A stretch of DNA of 64,000 nt from Burkholderiales bacterium (GCA_035454685.1 DATIGN010000127.1:56269-120268), one strand, 5' to 3'; positions 1-10,947 are shown, counted from the stretch's first letter. The notes: a model not told the origin generated them from the letters alone. Numbers and translations: made by a program.

Positions 1-1659
1 ACGGCCGTAGACTGCGCCGGTCAGCACGATGTCGCCGCGCCGCAGGGTTCCCGACTGCACGAGCAGCGTGGCGACCGGGCCGCGGCCCTTGTCGAGGCGC
101 GCCTCGATCACCACGCCCTTGGCCGGCGCCTCGGTTGCCGCCCGCAGCTCGAGCACTTCGGCCTGCAGCAGCACCTGCTCGAGCAGGCTATCGACCCCCT
201 CGCCGGTTTTAGCGGAGACCGGGACTACCGGGGAGTCGCCGCCGTATTCCTCGGGCACCACCCCGTGGGCGAGAAGCTCCTGCTTCACCTTGTCGGGGTT
301 CGCCTCGTGCTTGTCGATCTTGTTCATCGCCACGACGAGGGGCACGTTCGCTGCCTTGGCGTGATTGATCGCCTCGATCGTCTGCGGCATGACACCGTCG
401 TCGGCGGCGACCACGAGCACGACGATGTCGGTCGCCTTGGCGCCGCGTGCGCGCATGGCGGTGAAAGCTTCGTGGCCAGGGGTGTCGAGAAACGTGATTA
501 CGCCGCGTGGCGTCTCGACGTGGTAGGCGCCGATATGCTGGGTGATGCCGCCAGCCTCGCCCGCCGCCACCTTGGTGCGACGGATGAAGTCGAGGAGCGA
601 GGTCTTTCCGTGGTCGACGTGACCCATGACCGTAACGACCGGCGGGCGCGGCGTGAGCTCCGCAGCTGCATGCTCTTCACTCGCGGCGAGATAAGCTTCG
701 GGGTCGTCGAGCTTGGCCGCCTTCGCCTTGTGTCCCATCTCCTCGACCACGATCATCGCCGTCTCCTGATCGAGGACCTGGTTGATGGTCGCCATGGTGC
801 CGAGCTTCATCAGCGCCTTGATGACTTCCGCCGCCTTGACCGACATGCGATGGGCGAGCTCGCCCACGGTAATCGTCTCGGGCACGGCGATCTCGCGCAC
901 CATCGGCTCCGTGGGCTGGGCGAACGTCGTCTCGCTCGCCGCAGCGCCGCCCGTGCGGTGCCGCGTGCCGCCGCGCGCGTGCCAGCCGGCCACGCCGCCG
1001 CCCGCATCCCCGCGGGTCTTGATCTGGCGCCGGCGCACCGAGTCGTCGCGCAGTACCGTGGTGGGCTTCGCTTTCTTCGGCTTCTTCTCGGTCTTCGCCT
1101 CGGCGGTCTTCGGCGCGTGCAGCGTGGTCGGCGCGGCGGGAGCCGCGGGCGCGGCTTGCGCCGCCTCGGCGGCGGCCTTCTGCTCTGCCTCCTTGCGCTC
1201 GCGCTCCTGCTTCTCGCGCAGCTCGGCAGCCTGCAGCTCGGCCAGCTGCTGCTGGCGGCGCGCCTCTTCCTCGCGCAGCTCGATCTCTCTTGCATCCACC
1301 GCTGGCGGCGGCGCCGGCGGCGGCGCCTCAGCGGCCACCGCCTGAGCTGCGACCTCGGCCGGGTCGCGCTTGACGAAGACGCGCTTCTTCCGCACCTCAA
1401 CCTGCACCGTGCGGTACTTGCCGCTTGCGTCGGTTTTCTTGATTTCGCTCGTGTGCTTGCGCGTGAGCGTGATCTTGTTCTTCTGCTCTGCCGAGCCGTG
1501 CATCTTGCGCAAGTGCTCGAGCAGCCGCGATTTGTCCTGCTCGGTGAGCGCGTCCTCGGGCGCCTTCTTGTCGACCCCGGCGGCGCGCAGCTGCTCGAGC
1601 AGCACCGACGGCGGGACTCTGAGCTCGCTCGCGAATTGCGCTACGCTCGTGTGCGCCAC
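1..1659 (-). CDS. infB: Translation initiation factor IF-2, N-terminal ~553 codons; the 3' end runs off the window
   Basis: Minus-strand GTG at 1659 sits directly after the nusA stop. Translation reads [29 protein letters not shown]. The G-domain [19 protein letters not shown] was read at about 585-640. The ORF is absent from the track because there is no in-window stop. Position downstream of nusA fits. Confidence 0.95.
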   Translation of the reverse strand, partial: MAHTSVAQFASELRVPPSVLLEQLRAAGVDKKAPEDALTEQDKSRLLEHLRKMHGSAEQKNKITLTRKHTSEIKKTDASGKYRTVQVEVRKKRVFVKRDPAEVAAQAVAAEAPPPAPPPAVDAREIELREEEARRQQQLAELQAAELREKQERERKEAEQKAAAEAAQAAPAAPAAPTTLHAPKTAEAKTEKKPKKAKPTTVLRDDSVRRRQIKTRGDAGGGVAGWHARGGTRHRTGGAAASETTFAQPTEPMVREIAVPETITVGELAHRMSVKAAEVIKALMKLGTMATINQVLDQETAMIVVEEMGHKAKAAKLDDPEAYLAASEEHAAAELTPRPPVVTVMGHVDHGKTSLLDFIRRTKVAAGEAGGITQHIGAYHVETPRGVITFLDTPGHEAFTAMRARGAKATDIVVLVVAADDGVMPQTIEAINHAKAANVPLVVAMNKIDKHEANPDKVKQELLAHGVVPEEYGGDSPVVPVSAKTGEGVDSLLEQVLLQAEVLELRAATEAPAKGVVIEARLDKGRGPVATLLVQSGTLRRGDIVLTGAVYGR

Positions 1660-3153
1660 TTACGCGGTCTCCTTTTTCTCGAACCAGTGTGCGCGCGCGG
1701 CCATGATCAGCTTCTTCGCGGCCTCGCTTTCCATCGCGGTCATCTCTGAAAGCTCGTCGACCGCGAGATCGGCCAGGTCGTCGCGGGTCTTGATGCCGCC
1801 CTCGGCCAGCTTGGCCGCGAGCTGGGTTGTCATGCCCTCGAGCTTGAGAAGCTCCGGGTCCACGCCCTCGACCTTCTCTTCGTTCGCGATCGCCGCGACG
1901 AGCAGCGCGTTGCGCGCCCGATTACGTAGCTCGCTCACCGTCTCCTGGTCGAAAGCCTCGATCTCGTTCAGCTCGTTGATCGGCACGTAGGCGATCTCTT
2001 CCAGCGTCGAGAAGCCTTCCTCGATCAGGATGTTGGCCACTTCCTCGTCGACGTCTAGCTTCTCCATGAAATGCTGCTTGATGCGACCGCTCTCCTCCTG
2101 CTGTTTCTTGGTCGACTCCTCTTCGGTCATGAGGTTGATCTGCCAGCCGGTGAGCTCGGAGGCGAGGCGCACGTTCTGCCCGCTGCGGCCAATCGCCACG
2201 GCCAGGTTCTCCTCGTCCACCACCACGTCCATCGCGTGCTTTTCCTCGTCGACCACGATCGATGAGACCTCGGCGGGCGCCAGCGCGCCGATCACGAACT
2301 GCGCCGGGTCGGCCGACCAGAGCACGATGTCGACGCGCTCGCCGGCGAGCTCCTGAGTCACCGCCTGCACGCGAGAGCCGCGCATGCCGACGCAGGTGCC
2401 GATCGGGTCGATGCGCCTGTCGTTCGTGAAGACCGCGATCTTGGCGCGCACGCCGGGGTCGCGCGCGGCCGACTTGATCTCGAGCAGGCCGTCCTCGATC
2501 TCGGGCACCTCGAGCTCGAACAGCTTCATGATGAACTGTGGTGCGGTGCGCGAAAGGATGAGCTGCGGTCCCCTCGCCTGGCGGTCGATTTTCATCACCC
2601 ATGCGCGCACGCGATCGCCGACGCGCAGATTCTCTTTCGGGATCATGTGCTCGCGCGGCAGCAGGGCCTCGAGGCGTCCGGACTCGATCACCGCGTTGCC
2701 GCGCTCCATGCGCTTAACCGTTCCGGTGACGAGCTCGTCGCCTCGCGACAGGAAGTCGTTCAGGATCTGCTCGCGCTCGGCGTCGCGGATGCGCTGCAGC
2801 AAGACCTGCTTGGCGGTCTGCGCGCCGATCCGCCGCGGATCGATCGGCTCGATCGGCTCCTCGATAAACTCTTCGGCCTTGGCCGCCGGCTTCTTCTTGG
2901 CCGCTTCGGACACCGCGATCTGCTGCGCGGCGATTTCGACCGTGCCGTCGGGCACGATCTTCCAGCGCCGGAAGGCGTTGTAGTTGCCGGTATTGCGGTC
3001 GATCGCGACCCGCACGTCCACATCCTCGAGATAGCGCTTCTTCAGCGCCGAGGCGAGCGCGAGCTCGAGCGCAGAGAACACGATGTCGCGCGTCACGTTC
3101 TTCTCGCGCGCGAGCGCGTCAGCTTGCAGCAGCAGCTCTCTACCGAAACTCAT
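1660..3153 (-). CDS. nusA: Transcription termination/antitermination factor NusA
   Basis: 497-aa ORF with an N-terminal NusA domain, S1/KH region and acidic C-terminal repeats. Lies in rimP-nusA-infB order. Confidence 0.97.
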   Translation of the reverse strand: MSFGRELLLQADALAREKNVTRDIVFSALELALASALKKRYLEDVDVRVAIDRNTGNYNAFRRWKIVPDGTVEIAAQQIAVSEAAKKKPAAKAEEFIEEPIEPIDPRRIGAQTAKQVLLQRIRDAEREQILNDFLSRGDELVTGTVKRMERGNAVIESGRLEALLPREHMIPKENLRVGDRVRAWVMKIDRQARGPQLILSRTAPQFIMKLFELEVPEIEDGLLEIKSAARDPGVRAKIAVFTNDRRIDPIGTCVGMRGSRVQAVTQELAGERVDIVLWSADPAQFVIGALAPAEVSSIVVDEEKHAMDVVVDEENLAVAIGRSGQNVRLASELTGWQINLMTEEESTKKQQEESGRIKQHFMEKLDVDEEVANILIEEGFSTLEEIAYVPINELNEIEAFDQETVSELRNRARNALLVAAIANEEKVEGVDPELLKLEGMTTQLAAKLAEGGIKTRDDLADLAVDELSEMTAMESEAAKKLIMAARAHWFEKKETA

Positions 3154-3162
3154 CCACCCTCT

Positions 3163-3594
3163 CTACAGTTCGGGCACCAGCCGCGCCCGCTCCACGTTCT
3201 CGAGCTCGAGCGCGACGGTCTGTCCGTCGAGCTCCATTCGCACCCGCCCGGCTTCCGCGCCGCGCAGCACGCCAACGAAGCGCCGCCGCCCCGATGCGTC
3301 CGGCGTGCGCATCCGCACCTCGGCCTTGCGGCCGGCGAAGCGCTCGAAGTCGGCCCCCTTACGCAGCGGCCGGTCGAGACCCGGCGAAGACACTTCCAGC
3401 CGCTCGTAGTCGATTCGCTCGACCGCCAGCACCCGCGTGAGGTGCCGGCTGACCGCCGCGCAGTCATCCACGGTAACGCCGCCGGGCTTGTCGATAAAGA
3501 GGCGCAGCATGCGCCCGCCGTTCGACGCCTGCACGTCGACCAGCTCGAAACCCAGCCCGGTCAGCGCCGGCTCCACGACTTTTTCGAGGCTCAA
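3163..3594 (-). CDS. rimP: Ribosome maturation factor RimP
   Basis: 143 aa with RimP-like N-terminus (VEPALTGLGFELVDV...FIDKPGGVTVDDCAAVSRHL). Apparent TTG start. Sits directly upstream of nusA. Confidence 0.9.
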   Translation of the reverse strand: MSLEKVVEPALTGLGFELVDVQASNGGRMLRLFIDKPGGVTVDDCAAVSRHLTRVLAVERIDYERLEVSSPGLDRPLRKGADFERFAGRKAEVRMRTPDASGRRRFVGVLRGAEAGRVRMELDGQTVALELENVERARLVPEL

Positions 3595-3620
3595 AACAAA
3601 AAATGGGCCCGCAGCCCATT
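3592..3620 (-). terminator. Intrinsic terminator/attenuator-like hairpin plus U-tract between rluB and rimP
   Basis: Minus-strand RNA reads AAUGGGC-ugcgg-GCCCAUU (arms at 3602-3608 and 3614-3620), followed by UUUUGUUUUG. The U-tract runs into the rimP TTG start. Confidence 0.5.
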
Positions 3621-3637
3621 CTCCTTACCCCATCTCT

Positions 3638-4261
3638 CTAAAGCCTTTGAAGTATAGCCGGATTTGGCAGCTCTCGCCAGCTTTTGGGCGGTAGATCCGC
3701 GGGCAACTCGATCGGGCCGTAACGCATTCGGACCAGCCGGCTCACGGGGTGGCCGAGCGCCTCGAAAATGCGCCGCACCTCGCGGTTGCGGCCCTCGCGA
3801 AGCACCACCCGATACCACCGATTGGTGCCCGCACCGGATTTCATCTCCTCGATGCGATCGAAGCGAGCAGGCAAACCGTCCAGCGGGATGCCCTGCAGAA
3901 GCCGCTTTTCCTCCGCGGCACTGAGCGGTCTGCGAATTCGCGCGGAGTATTCTCGCTCCAGGCCATATCTCGGGTGCATCAGCCGGTTTGCAAGCTCGCC
4001 AGAGTCAGTGAAGAGCAGCAGACCGGAGCTGTTCAGGTCGAGTCGCCCCACCGAGATCCAGCGCCCGGGCGGCAGGTTGGAGAACACCGTGGGCCTGCCC
4101 TGCGGGTCGCTGCGTGTGACGAGCTCGCCGACGGGCTTGTGGTAGAGCAGCACGCGCGGCTGCGTGCGCGCCGCGGCGACGACGGGCTTCCCATCCAGAA
4201 GTATGGAATCCGCAGGACCTGCGCGGTCGCCGAGCTTGGCCAGGCGTCCGTTTACGCTCAC
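3638..4261 (-). CDS. rluB: 23S rRNA pseudouridine synthase, RluB-like; the true start is probably upstream of 4261
   Basis: RsuA/RluB core motifs are present (YHKPVGELVTRSDPQGRPTVF, GRLDLNSSGLLLFTDSGELANRLMHP). The S4-domain residues continue in frame upstream of the listed GTG; see findings. Confidence 0.85.
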   Translation of the reverse strand: MSVNGRLAKLGDRAGPADSILLDGKPVVAAARTQPRVLLYHKPVGELVTRSDPQGRPTVFSNLPPGRWISVGRLDLNSSGLLLFTDSGELANRLMHPRYGLEREYSARIRRPLSAAEEKRLLQGIPLDGLPARFDRIEEMKSGAGTNRWYRVVLREGRNREVRRIFEALGHPVSRLVRMRYGPIELPADLPPKSWRELPNPAILQRL

Positions 4262-4337
4262 CCGCCCGGCGGAGATCCAGCTCTCGATCTCGCGCCGCGA
4301 GGCGAGCCCGGCGCCAGCGAGCAGCTTCTGGATCCGC

Positions 4338-4940
4338 TCAGCCGTCGGTGCCGGTGGCGGGATGTGCTTCGGGTTCCCGGACCTCGGCTTTGCCAGTGGA
4401 GACGACCTCCAGTTGGAGGGTCCTGGCGATCTCCTCGAGCGGTGGCAGCTCCTCCAGCGATCGCAGCCCCAAGTCGTCCAGGAACTTGGTGGTGGTGGCG
4501 TAAAGCGCCGGCCGGCCGGGGGTTTCCCGGTGGCCGACCACGTCGATCCAGCCCCGAGTCTCGAGCGCCTGGATGATCTGCGTGGAGACGCCGACGCCGC
4601 GCACGTCTTCTATGTCCCCGCGGGTCACCGGCTGCCGGTAGGCAATGATCGCGAGCGTCTCCATCACGGCCCGCGAATAGCGCGGCGGCCGCTCCGGGAG
4701 CAGACGCTCGAGGTACGGCTGGAACTCCGGGCGCGTCTGAAAACGCCAGCCGCTGGAAAGGCTTACGAGCTCGACCGCCCGGCCGCGCCATTCGTCGGCA
4801 AGCTCGGCGAGGAGGCTGCGGATGGTGTCGACGCCCAGCTCGTCGTCGAACAGGCGCTTCAAGTCGATCGCGCTGACCGGTTCCTGCGAGGCGAGAAGCG
4901 CCGCTTCCAGGATCCGCTTCGCCTCAGGCGGATTGAGCAT
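4338..4940 (-). CDS. scpB: Segregation and condensation protein B
   Basis: 200 aa, ScpB-like ([14 protein letters not shown]..., two winged-helix halves). Overlaps the scpA end by 17 nt. Confidence 0.9.
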   Translation of the reverse strand: MLNPPEAKRILEAALLASQEPVSAIDLKRLFDDELGVDTIRSLLAELADEWRGRAVELVSLSSGWRFQTRPEFQPYLERLLPERPPRYSRAVMETLAIIAYRQPVTRGDIEDVRGVGVSTQIIQALETRGWIDVVGHRETPGRPALYATTTKFLDDLGLRSLEELPPLEEIARTLQLEVVSTGKAEVREPEAHPATGTDG

Positions 4941-5697
4941 GCGCCAATTTTACGTAAATCGGGCCGAAGCCCGCAGACTGCGTGATCTCGATCAGAAGCT
5001 CACGCGCGAGCTCGAGCAGCGCGAGGAAGGTGACGACCAGTACCGCGATGCCGCGCTGGGGCTCGAACAGCTCGCCGAACTCCACCACGCGTCGCTCGCG
5101 CAGCGCGCGCAGGATCGAGCTCATATGTGCGCGCACCGAGAGCTCTTCGCGGCTTACGCGATGATGCGCCGAAAGCCGCGCCCGGTGCAGCAGCCCGCGC
5201 CAGGCTTCCGCCAAGTCTCTCGCGTTAACTTCGGGAAGGCGCTGCGACACTTGCTTCTCGATCCACACCGAGATGGCGATCACGTCGCGGCCCAGCTGCG
5301 GCAGCTCGTCGAGGCCCTGGGCCGCCTTTTTCATGCGCTCGTACTCCAGGAGCCTGCGCACCAGCTCCGCTCTCGGGTCGTCCTCGATCGGCTCGGCGGC
5401 CGGTGGCCGCGGCAGCAGCAGGCGCGACTTGATCTCCATCAGCATCGCCGCCATGACCAAGTATTCGGCGGCGAGCTCGAGATTTGTCGAGCGCATCATG
5501 TCGACATACTCGAGATACTGGCGCGTAAGCGGCGCCATCGGGATGTCGAGGATGTCGAGGTTCTCCTTGCGGATGAGATAGAGCAGCAGGTCGAGCGGCC
5601 CTTCGAACGCCTCGAGCACCACTTCCAGCGCGTCGGGCGGGATATAGAGGTCATGCGGCAGCTCGATAACGGGTTCGCCGTAGACCTTGGCCATCAT
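4924..5697 (-). CDS. scpA: Segregation and condensation protein A (kleisin)
   Basis: Start taken at the internal ATG ([14 protein letters not shown]...[28 protein letters not shown]). It overlaps the trpS stop as ATGA. The longer track ORF to 5976 overlaps trpS. Confidence 0.9.
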   Translation of the reverse strand: MMAKVYGEPVIELPHDLYIPPDALEVVLEAFEGPLDLLLYLIRKENLDILDIPMAPLTRQYLEYVDMMRSTNLELAAEYLVMAAMLMEIKSRLLLPRPPAAEPIEDDPRAELVRRLLEYERMKKAAQGLDELPQLGRDVIAISVWIEKQVSQRLPEVNARDLAEAWRGLLHRARLSAHHRVSREELSVRAHMSSILRALRERRVVEFGELFEPQRGIAVLVVTFLALLELARELLIEITQSAGFGPIYVKLAHAQSA

Positions 5698-6896
5698 GAA
5701 TAGCTTAATCCCATGGCTTCGCGCACATCGCGCATCGTCTCGGCAGCCAGGCGCCTCGCCTTTTCGCAGCCGTCGGCGATGATGTTCTTCACAAGCGCAG
5801 AATCCTCCAGGTAAGGCTGCGCTCTGGCGCGCATCGGCGCGAGCTCGAGATTGATGGCGTCGATGACCGGCTGCTTGCACTCCAGGCAGCCGATGCCGGC
5901 GGTAGTGCAACCCCTCATCACCCAGTCCTTGCGCGCCGCGTCCGAGTAGACTTTGTGCAGCTCCCAGACCGGGCACTTCTCGGGGTTTCCTGGATCGGAG
6001 CGCTTTACCCGCGCCGGGTCGGTCGGCATCGTCTTGATCTTCTTCGCCACGACCTCCGGCTCCTCGCGCAGCGAGATCGTGTTGCCGTAGGACTTCGACA
6101 TTTTTTGTCCGTCGAGCCCTGGCATCTTGGACGCCTCGGTGAGAAGCGCCTCCGGCCCGACCAGGATCTTCTTGCCCATTCCCTCGAGCCAGCCGTAGAG
6201 GCGTTCGCGGTCGCCGCGCGACAGGTTCTGCTGCTCCTTGAGGAGCGCCTGGCCGCGCGCCAGCGCGCCGGCGTCGCCCTGCTCGATGAACTTGGTGCGC
6301 AGCTCGTTCAGGAGCCGGGCTTTCTTCGTTCCCATCTTCTTGACCGCGGTCTTCGCCTTGTCCTCAAAGCCCGGCTCGCGGCCATAGAGATGGTTGAAGC
6401 GCCGCGCCACCTCGCGCGCGAACTCGAGGTGCGGCACCTGGTCTTCGCCGACCGGGACATATTTCGCCCGGTAGACGAGGATGTCGGCCGCCTGCAGCAG
6501 CGGGTAACCGAGAAAGCCGTAGGTGGCGAGGTCCTTGTCGGCCAGCTTCTGCTGCTGGTCCCGGTACGTCGGCACGCGCTCGAGCCACCCGAGCGGCGCC
6601 ATCATCGAAAGCAACAGGTGCAGCTCGGCGTGCTCGGTCACCTGCGATTGCACAAAGATCATCGCCTGTGCCGGGTCGACCCCCGCGGCGAGCCAGTCGA
6701 TCACCATGTCGATCCCGGTCTGCTGCAGATCGCCAGGCTTCTCGTAGTCGGTGGTCAGCGCGTGCCAGTCGGCAACGAAGAAGAGACACGGGTACTCTGC
6801 CTGCAAGCGGATCCAGTTCTTCAGAACGCCATGGTAGTGGCCGAGGTGCAAGCTCCCGGTAGGCCGCATGCCGGACAGCACCCGGGTTTCGTACAT
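5694..6896 (-). CDS. trpS: Tryptophan--tRNA ligase (400-aa long form)
   Basis: Class I motifs are present: HLGHYHG (HIGH-type) and KMSKSYGN (KMSKS). An insertion of about 70 aa precedes KMSKS. Confidence 0.95.
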   Translation of the reverse strand: MYETRVLSGMRPTGSLHLGHYHGVLKNWIRLQAEYPCLFFVADWHALTTDYEKPGDLQQTGIDMVIDWLAAGVDPAQAMIFVQSQVTEHAELHLLLSMMAPLGWLERVPTYRDQQQKLADKDLATYGFLGYPLLQAADILVYRAKYVPVGEDQVPHLEFAREVARRFNHLYGREPGFEDKAKTAVKKMGTKKARLLNELRTKFIEQGDAGALARGQALLKEQQNLSRGDRERLYGWLEGMGKKILVGPEALLTEASKMPGLDGQKMSKSYGNTISLREEPEVVAKKIKTMPTDPARVKRSDPGNPEKCPVWELHKVYSDAARKDWVMRGCTTAGIGCLECKQPVIDAINLELAPMRARAQPYLEDSALVKNIIADGCEKARRLAAETMRDVREAMGLSYS

Positions 6897-7646
6897 CTAG
6901 AGCAGCACCATGGCACGCACCAGCGCTTCGGACTCGAAAAGCAGCGGGCTCAGGATCAGGCTGAGCAGATTGGACCCGTAGACCGGCACGAACAGCAGGA
7001 GCAGGAGCAGTGGCAAGCCGAACGGCTCGAGCTTCGCGAACCGCCACGCCGCCCGGCTGGGCAGCAGGCTCGCGACAATGCGCCCGCCATCGAGCGGCAG
7101 GATCGGAAGGAGGTTGAGCAGCATGAGGAGCAGGTTCACGAGAATCCCAGCGGCGCTCACCCCGATCAGGAACTCGGCGGCCCCGTTGCCGTGTCCCATG
7201 ACTGCGTCGATCAGGCCGCTTACGCCGTATTGCCGTGCGATTTCCAGCCAGGCATCAGCGCGACTCGTCATGCTCACTGAGGCGCGCAGCGCCAAAGCCC
7301 AGAAAAGCGCCATCAGCAAATTGGCGCCAGGACCGGCCGCAGCCACCCACGCCATATGCTGGCGCGGCTTTCGCAGAGCCGAGTAATTGACAGGCACGGG
7401 TTTGGCCCAGCCGAAAAGAAACTTGCCGTACGAGACGAGCAGGATGAGCAGCGGAACCACGATAGTGCCGATGACGTCGATATGCCGCACCGGGTTGAGG
7501 CTGATGCGCCCCTGCGCGTGCGCGGTCATGTCCCCGAAGTGCCGCGCCACGTAGCCGTGGGCGGCCTCGTGCAGCGTGATGGCGAATAGTACCGGGAGCG
7601 CGTAAATGGCCAGGGTCTGGGCGACCTGGCTGAGGTCGAAGTCCAT
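6897..7646 (-). CDS. Site-2 protease family (peptidase M50) membrane metalloprotease
   Basis: HEAAHGYVA (HExxH) lies in TM1, with multiple TM segments and LNLLPILPLDGG. Confidence 0.85.
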   Translation of the reverse strand: MDFDLSQVAQTLAIYALPVLFAITLHEAAHGYVARHFGDMTAHAQGRISLNPVRHIDVIGTIVVPLLILLVSYGKFLFGWAKPVPVNYSALRKPRQHMAWVAAAGPGANLLMALFWALALRASVSMTSRADAWLEIARQYGVSGLIDAVMGHGNGAAEFLIGVSAAGILVNLLLMLLNLLPILPLDGGRIVASLLPSRAAWRFAKLEPFGLPLLLLLLFVPVYGSNLLSLILSPLLFESEALVRAMVLL

Positions 7647-7665
7647 TCTTGCGTCCGGGATCTTA

Positions 7666-8292
7666 TCAGACGCGCTCTACCGCAAAGGGCGCGAGCGAGC
7701 CCTTGCCTGCGCGCAACACGGTCGGCGTTTTCTCGGTGAGGTCGATCACGGTGCTCGGCTGCGTTCCGCACGGCCCGCCGTCGATCACGAGCTCGAGCTC
7801 ATGCTCGAGTGCTTCCCTGATTTCAAGAGGATCGGAAAGCGGCGCGGGCGTGTCGGGAAGAAGCAAGGTCGCCGACAGCATCGGCTCGCCCAGCTCGGCC
7901 AGCAAGGCGTGCGCCACGGGGTGTCCGGGCACGCGCACGCCGATGGTCTTCTTCCTCGTCAGGCGGCGCGGCACTTCGCGGCGCGCCCGCAGGATGAAGG
8001 TATAGCTGCCCGGCGTCACGCTCTTCAGCAGCTTGAACTGCGCGTCGTCCACGATCGCATAGCGCGCGATCTCCGAAAGATCGCGGCACATGAACGTAAG
8101 CCGGTGCCGCTCATCGATGCCGCGGATGCGCCGCAGACGCCCGGCGCCGGCGGCGTTCCCACGGTCGCAGCCGAATGCGTAGCACGAATCCGTCGGGTAC
8201 GCGATCAGGCCCCCGCCGCGCACGATATCGGCCGCCTGCCGCACGAGGCGCTTTTGCGGATTTGTGGGATGGATCGAGAAGTACTGTGCCAT
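7666..8292 (-). CDS. yciO: YciO/Sua5/YrdC-family threonylcarbamoyl-AMP synthase-like protein
   Basis: Collinear by eye with E. coli YciO along its whole length (FSIHPTNPQKRLVRQAADIVRGGGLIAYPTDSCYAFGC...TFMCRDLSEI...GEPMLSATL). Confidence 0.88.
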   Translation of the reverse strand: MAQYFSIHPTNPQKRLVRQAADIVRGGGLIAYPTDSCYAFGCDRGNAAGAGRLRRIRGIDERHRLTFMCRDLSEIARYAIVDDAQFKLLKSVTPGSYTFILRARREVPRRLTRKKTIGVRVPGHPVAHALLAELGEPMLSATLLLPDTPAPLSDPLEIREALEHELELVIDGGPCGTQPSTVIDLTEKTPTVLRAGKGSLAPFAVERV

Positions 8293-9161
8293 CAGCGCTC
8301 TAGGAATCGTTCCAGCAGCCGCGCCAGCGCCGCGGGCTGGTCATGGTGCAGCATGTGGCCGCAATCGGCCAGTACCTCATATCGCAGATTTCGGAAGGCC
8401 GCGCGGCGCTCGGTGATATCGTCGGCGCCGAGCTTAAGCCGCTCCAGCGTCTCGGACTCCGCGGCTTCCACCCAGAGCACAGGCGCGGTGACCTCGCGCC
8501 AGCAGGCGCGCACCTCCTCGTAGCGGTACAGCACCGGGTTCACAATCTTGTGCGCGGGGTCGCTGCGTAAAACGACTCCCTCCCCCTCGACCTCGCGTCC
8601 CCAATGCCGCGCGAGGAACTCTGCCTTCTCGGGGGAGAGCCTGGGGTTGCTGTTGCGCAAGCGCTGCGCGAGCTCCGAGAAGGCCTCATAGCTCTTGAAG
8701 CCCGGCGGGCTGCGCAGCTCCTCAAGCCAGCGCGCATAGCGCTTCGGCGCCTGCTCGGACCGTGTCGGCGCCATGCCGAACCCCTCGAGGTTCGCGAGCC
8801 TCGCCACACGCGCGGGACGTACGCCGGCATATAACGCAGCGACGTTTCCGCCCAGGCTATGGCCGACGAGGTTCAGAGGCTTTACCTGCTCTATCTCGCC
8901 CAGCAGAAAATCGAGGTCGGCGATGTAGTCAGGGAACCAGTAGCAGTCCGCCTTTCCCCATTCGGTAAGCCCGTAACCGCGCCAGTCGGGGGCGTACACA
9001 TCCCAGTCCTGCCCGAGCTCATCCACGACAAATTGGAACGACGCCGACACGTCCATCCAGCCGTGTAGCAGCATGATCTTCGGCGCGCCGGGCGCGGGCC
9101 AGCGCCGTACGTGGTAGCGCAGCCCGCGAATTTGGACAAAGCGAGACTCGCTCTCTCTCAT
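8292..9161 (-). CDS. Alpha/beta-fold hydrolase
   Basis: HGW oxyanion region and nucleophile elbow GHSLGG. C-terminal His in CGHMLHHDQP. Confidence 0.8.
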   Translation of the reverse strand: MRESESRFVQIRGLRYHVRRWPAPGAPKIMLLHGWMDVSASFQFVVDELGQDWDVYAPDWRGYGLTEWGKADCYWFPDYIADLDFLLGEIEQVKPLNLVGHSLGGNVAALYAGVRPARVARLANLEGFGMAPTRSEQAPKRYARWLEELRSPPGFKSYEAFSELAQRLRNSNPRLSPEKAEFLARHWGREVEGEGVVLRSDPAHKIVNPVLYRYEEVRACWREVTAPVLWVEAAESETLERLKLGADDITERRAAFRNLRYEVLADCGHMLHHDQPAALARLLERFLER

Positions 9162-10402
9162 GCGAAGGGAAACGCTACCTGGGGCTCGCGGCCGGAGACG
9201 AGATCGGCGAGCGCACTTCCCGAGCCGCAGGCGAGGGTCCAGCCGAGCGTGCCGTGGCCTGTATTCAGAAACAGGTTCTTCAGGCGAGTTCGCCCAATCA
9301 CGGGCACGTTGTTCGGCGTGGCCGGGCGCAGCCCGGTCCAGTTCTCCACCGTGGTCACGGCACCGAGCGCCGGAAAGAGGCTGCGCACGCGGCGCGCGAT
9401 TGCCGCGCAGCGGCCAGGATCTACCGAAGTGTCGTAGCCCGCGAGCTCCGCGGTGCCGGCGGCGCGCAGCCGGCTGCCGAGCCTCGAGATCACGATCTTG
9501 TACGCCTCGTCGGTAAGGCTGACGGTGGGCGCGGCGCCAAACTCGGCCGGACCGAGCGGCAGGGTGATGGAATAGCCCTTCATCGGATACACCGGGATGC
9601 GGATGGCGAGCGGCTTGAGCAGGAGCGGGCTATAGCTTCCGAGAGAAACAACGTAGGCGTCCGCTGTTTCCACCGACTGCGTGTGCAGGCGGATTCCACC
9701 GACCCGATCACCCTCGGCCTCGATTGCGTCCACTGCGCAACCAAAGCGAAATGAGACCCCACGCGAAGCGGCGATGCGCGCAAGCTCCTGGGTAAAGCGG
9801 TACGCGTCGCCGGACTCGTCATCCGGGTCGTAGACGCCGCCGAGCACCGGCTCGTTCGAGTGCCGGAGGGCCGGCTCGAGCGCGAGGCACTCGGCGCCCG
9901 ATTTGATTTCGGGAGCCGCGCCAAGTGCGCGCAGCGCCTCGGCGTGGCGCGCCATCGCGTCGAAGTCGCTCTGGCGCGTGGCGAACTGCAGGATTCCACG
10001 CTCGAGCTCGTCGTAGCGCAGGCCGAGCTCACGGCGCAGCGCACGCAGGCACTCGCGGCTGTAGCGCGCCAGCGCGCCGAGCGTGCGCACGTGGCGCTCG
10101 AAGCGCCCGGGAAGGCATTCGTACAGGAAACGCAGGCCCCATTCCCATTGCGACCAGCTCGCGCGCGGACGGAAAAGCAGCGGCGCGTCCTCGCGCCCCA
10201 GCCAGCGCAGGATCTGCGGCACCGCGGCCGGCTTCGCCCACGGCTGGGCGTGCCCGGCGGCGATCTGCCCGCCGTTCGCGAACGAGGTCTCCAGCCCTGG
10301 CGCCTCACGCCGCTCGATCAACGTGACTTCGTGACCGGCCGCGGCGAGATACCAGGCGCCGGCGACGCCGACCACGCCGCCCCCGAGAACAATGACTTTC
10401 AC
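9158..10402 (-). CDS. dadA: D-amino acid dehydrogenase-like FAD oxidoreductase
   Basis: GGGVVGVAGAWYLAAAGHEVTLIE dinucleotide fold. DadA-like blocks IPVYPMKGYSITLPL and TGLRPATPNNVPVIGRT...NTGHGTLGWTLACGSG. Confidence 0.82.
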   Translation of the reverse strand: MKVIVLGGGVVGVAGAWYLAAAGHEVTLIERREAPGLETSFANGGQIAAGHAQPWAKPAAVPQILRWLGREDAPLLFRPRASWSQWEWGLRFLYECLPGRFERHVRTLGALARYSRECLRALRRELGLRYDELERGILQFATRQSDFDAMARHAEALRALGAAPEIKSGAECLALEPALRHSNEPVLGGVYDPDDESGDAYRFTQELARIAASRGVSFRFGCAVDAIEAEGDRVGGIRLHTQSVETADAYVVSLGSYSPLLLKPLAIRIPVYPMKGYSITLPLGPAEFGAAPTVSLTDEAYKIVISRLGSRLRAAGTAELAGYDTSVDPGRCAAIARRVRSLFPALGAVTTVENWTGLRPATPNNVPVIGRTRLKNLFLNTGHGTLGWTLACGSGSALADLVSGREPQVAFPFA

Positions 10403-10419
10403 TGGATTATGATAGTCGC

Positions 10420-10939
<520 letters not shown>

Positions 10940-10947
<8 letters not shown>

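Noticed and set aside
1100-1340. GC-rich repetitive tract (GCGGCGGC / CTGCAGCTCGGC units).
   Set aside because: It encodes the Ala/Glu/Lys/Arg-rich low-complexity linker of IF-2, which is normal for infB.
265-1749. Long antisense or alternative-frame ORFs in the track, for example 265-1749 +, 5955-7280 +, 22439-24067 -, 44848-46434 +, 49628-50779 - and 62171-63481 -.
   Set aside because: Their translations are Arg/Ala/Gly/Pro-rich low-complexity sequence typical of off-frame reading in GC-rich DNA. Each is fully covered by an opposite- or other-frame gene with clear family motifs.
5694-6896. Unusually long (400-aa) TrpRS with an insertion of about 70 aa before KMSKS.
   Set aside because: From memory, long-form TrpS proteins of this size are common in betaproteobacterial lineages. 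Catalytic motifs are intact, so it is probably lineage-typical rather than novel.
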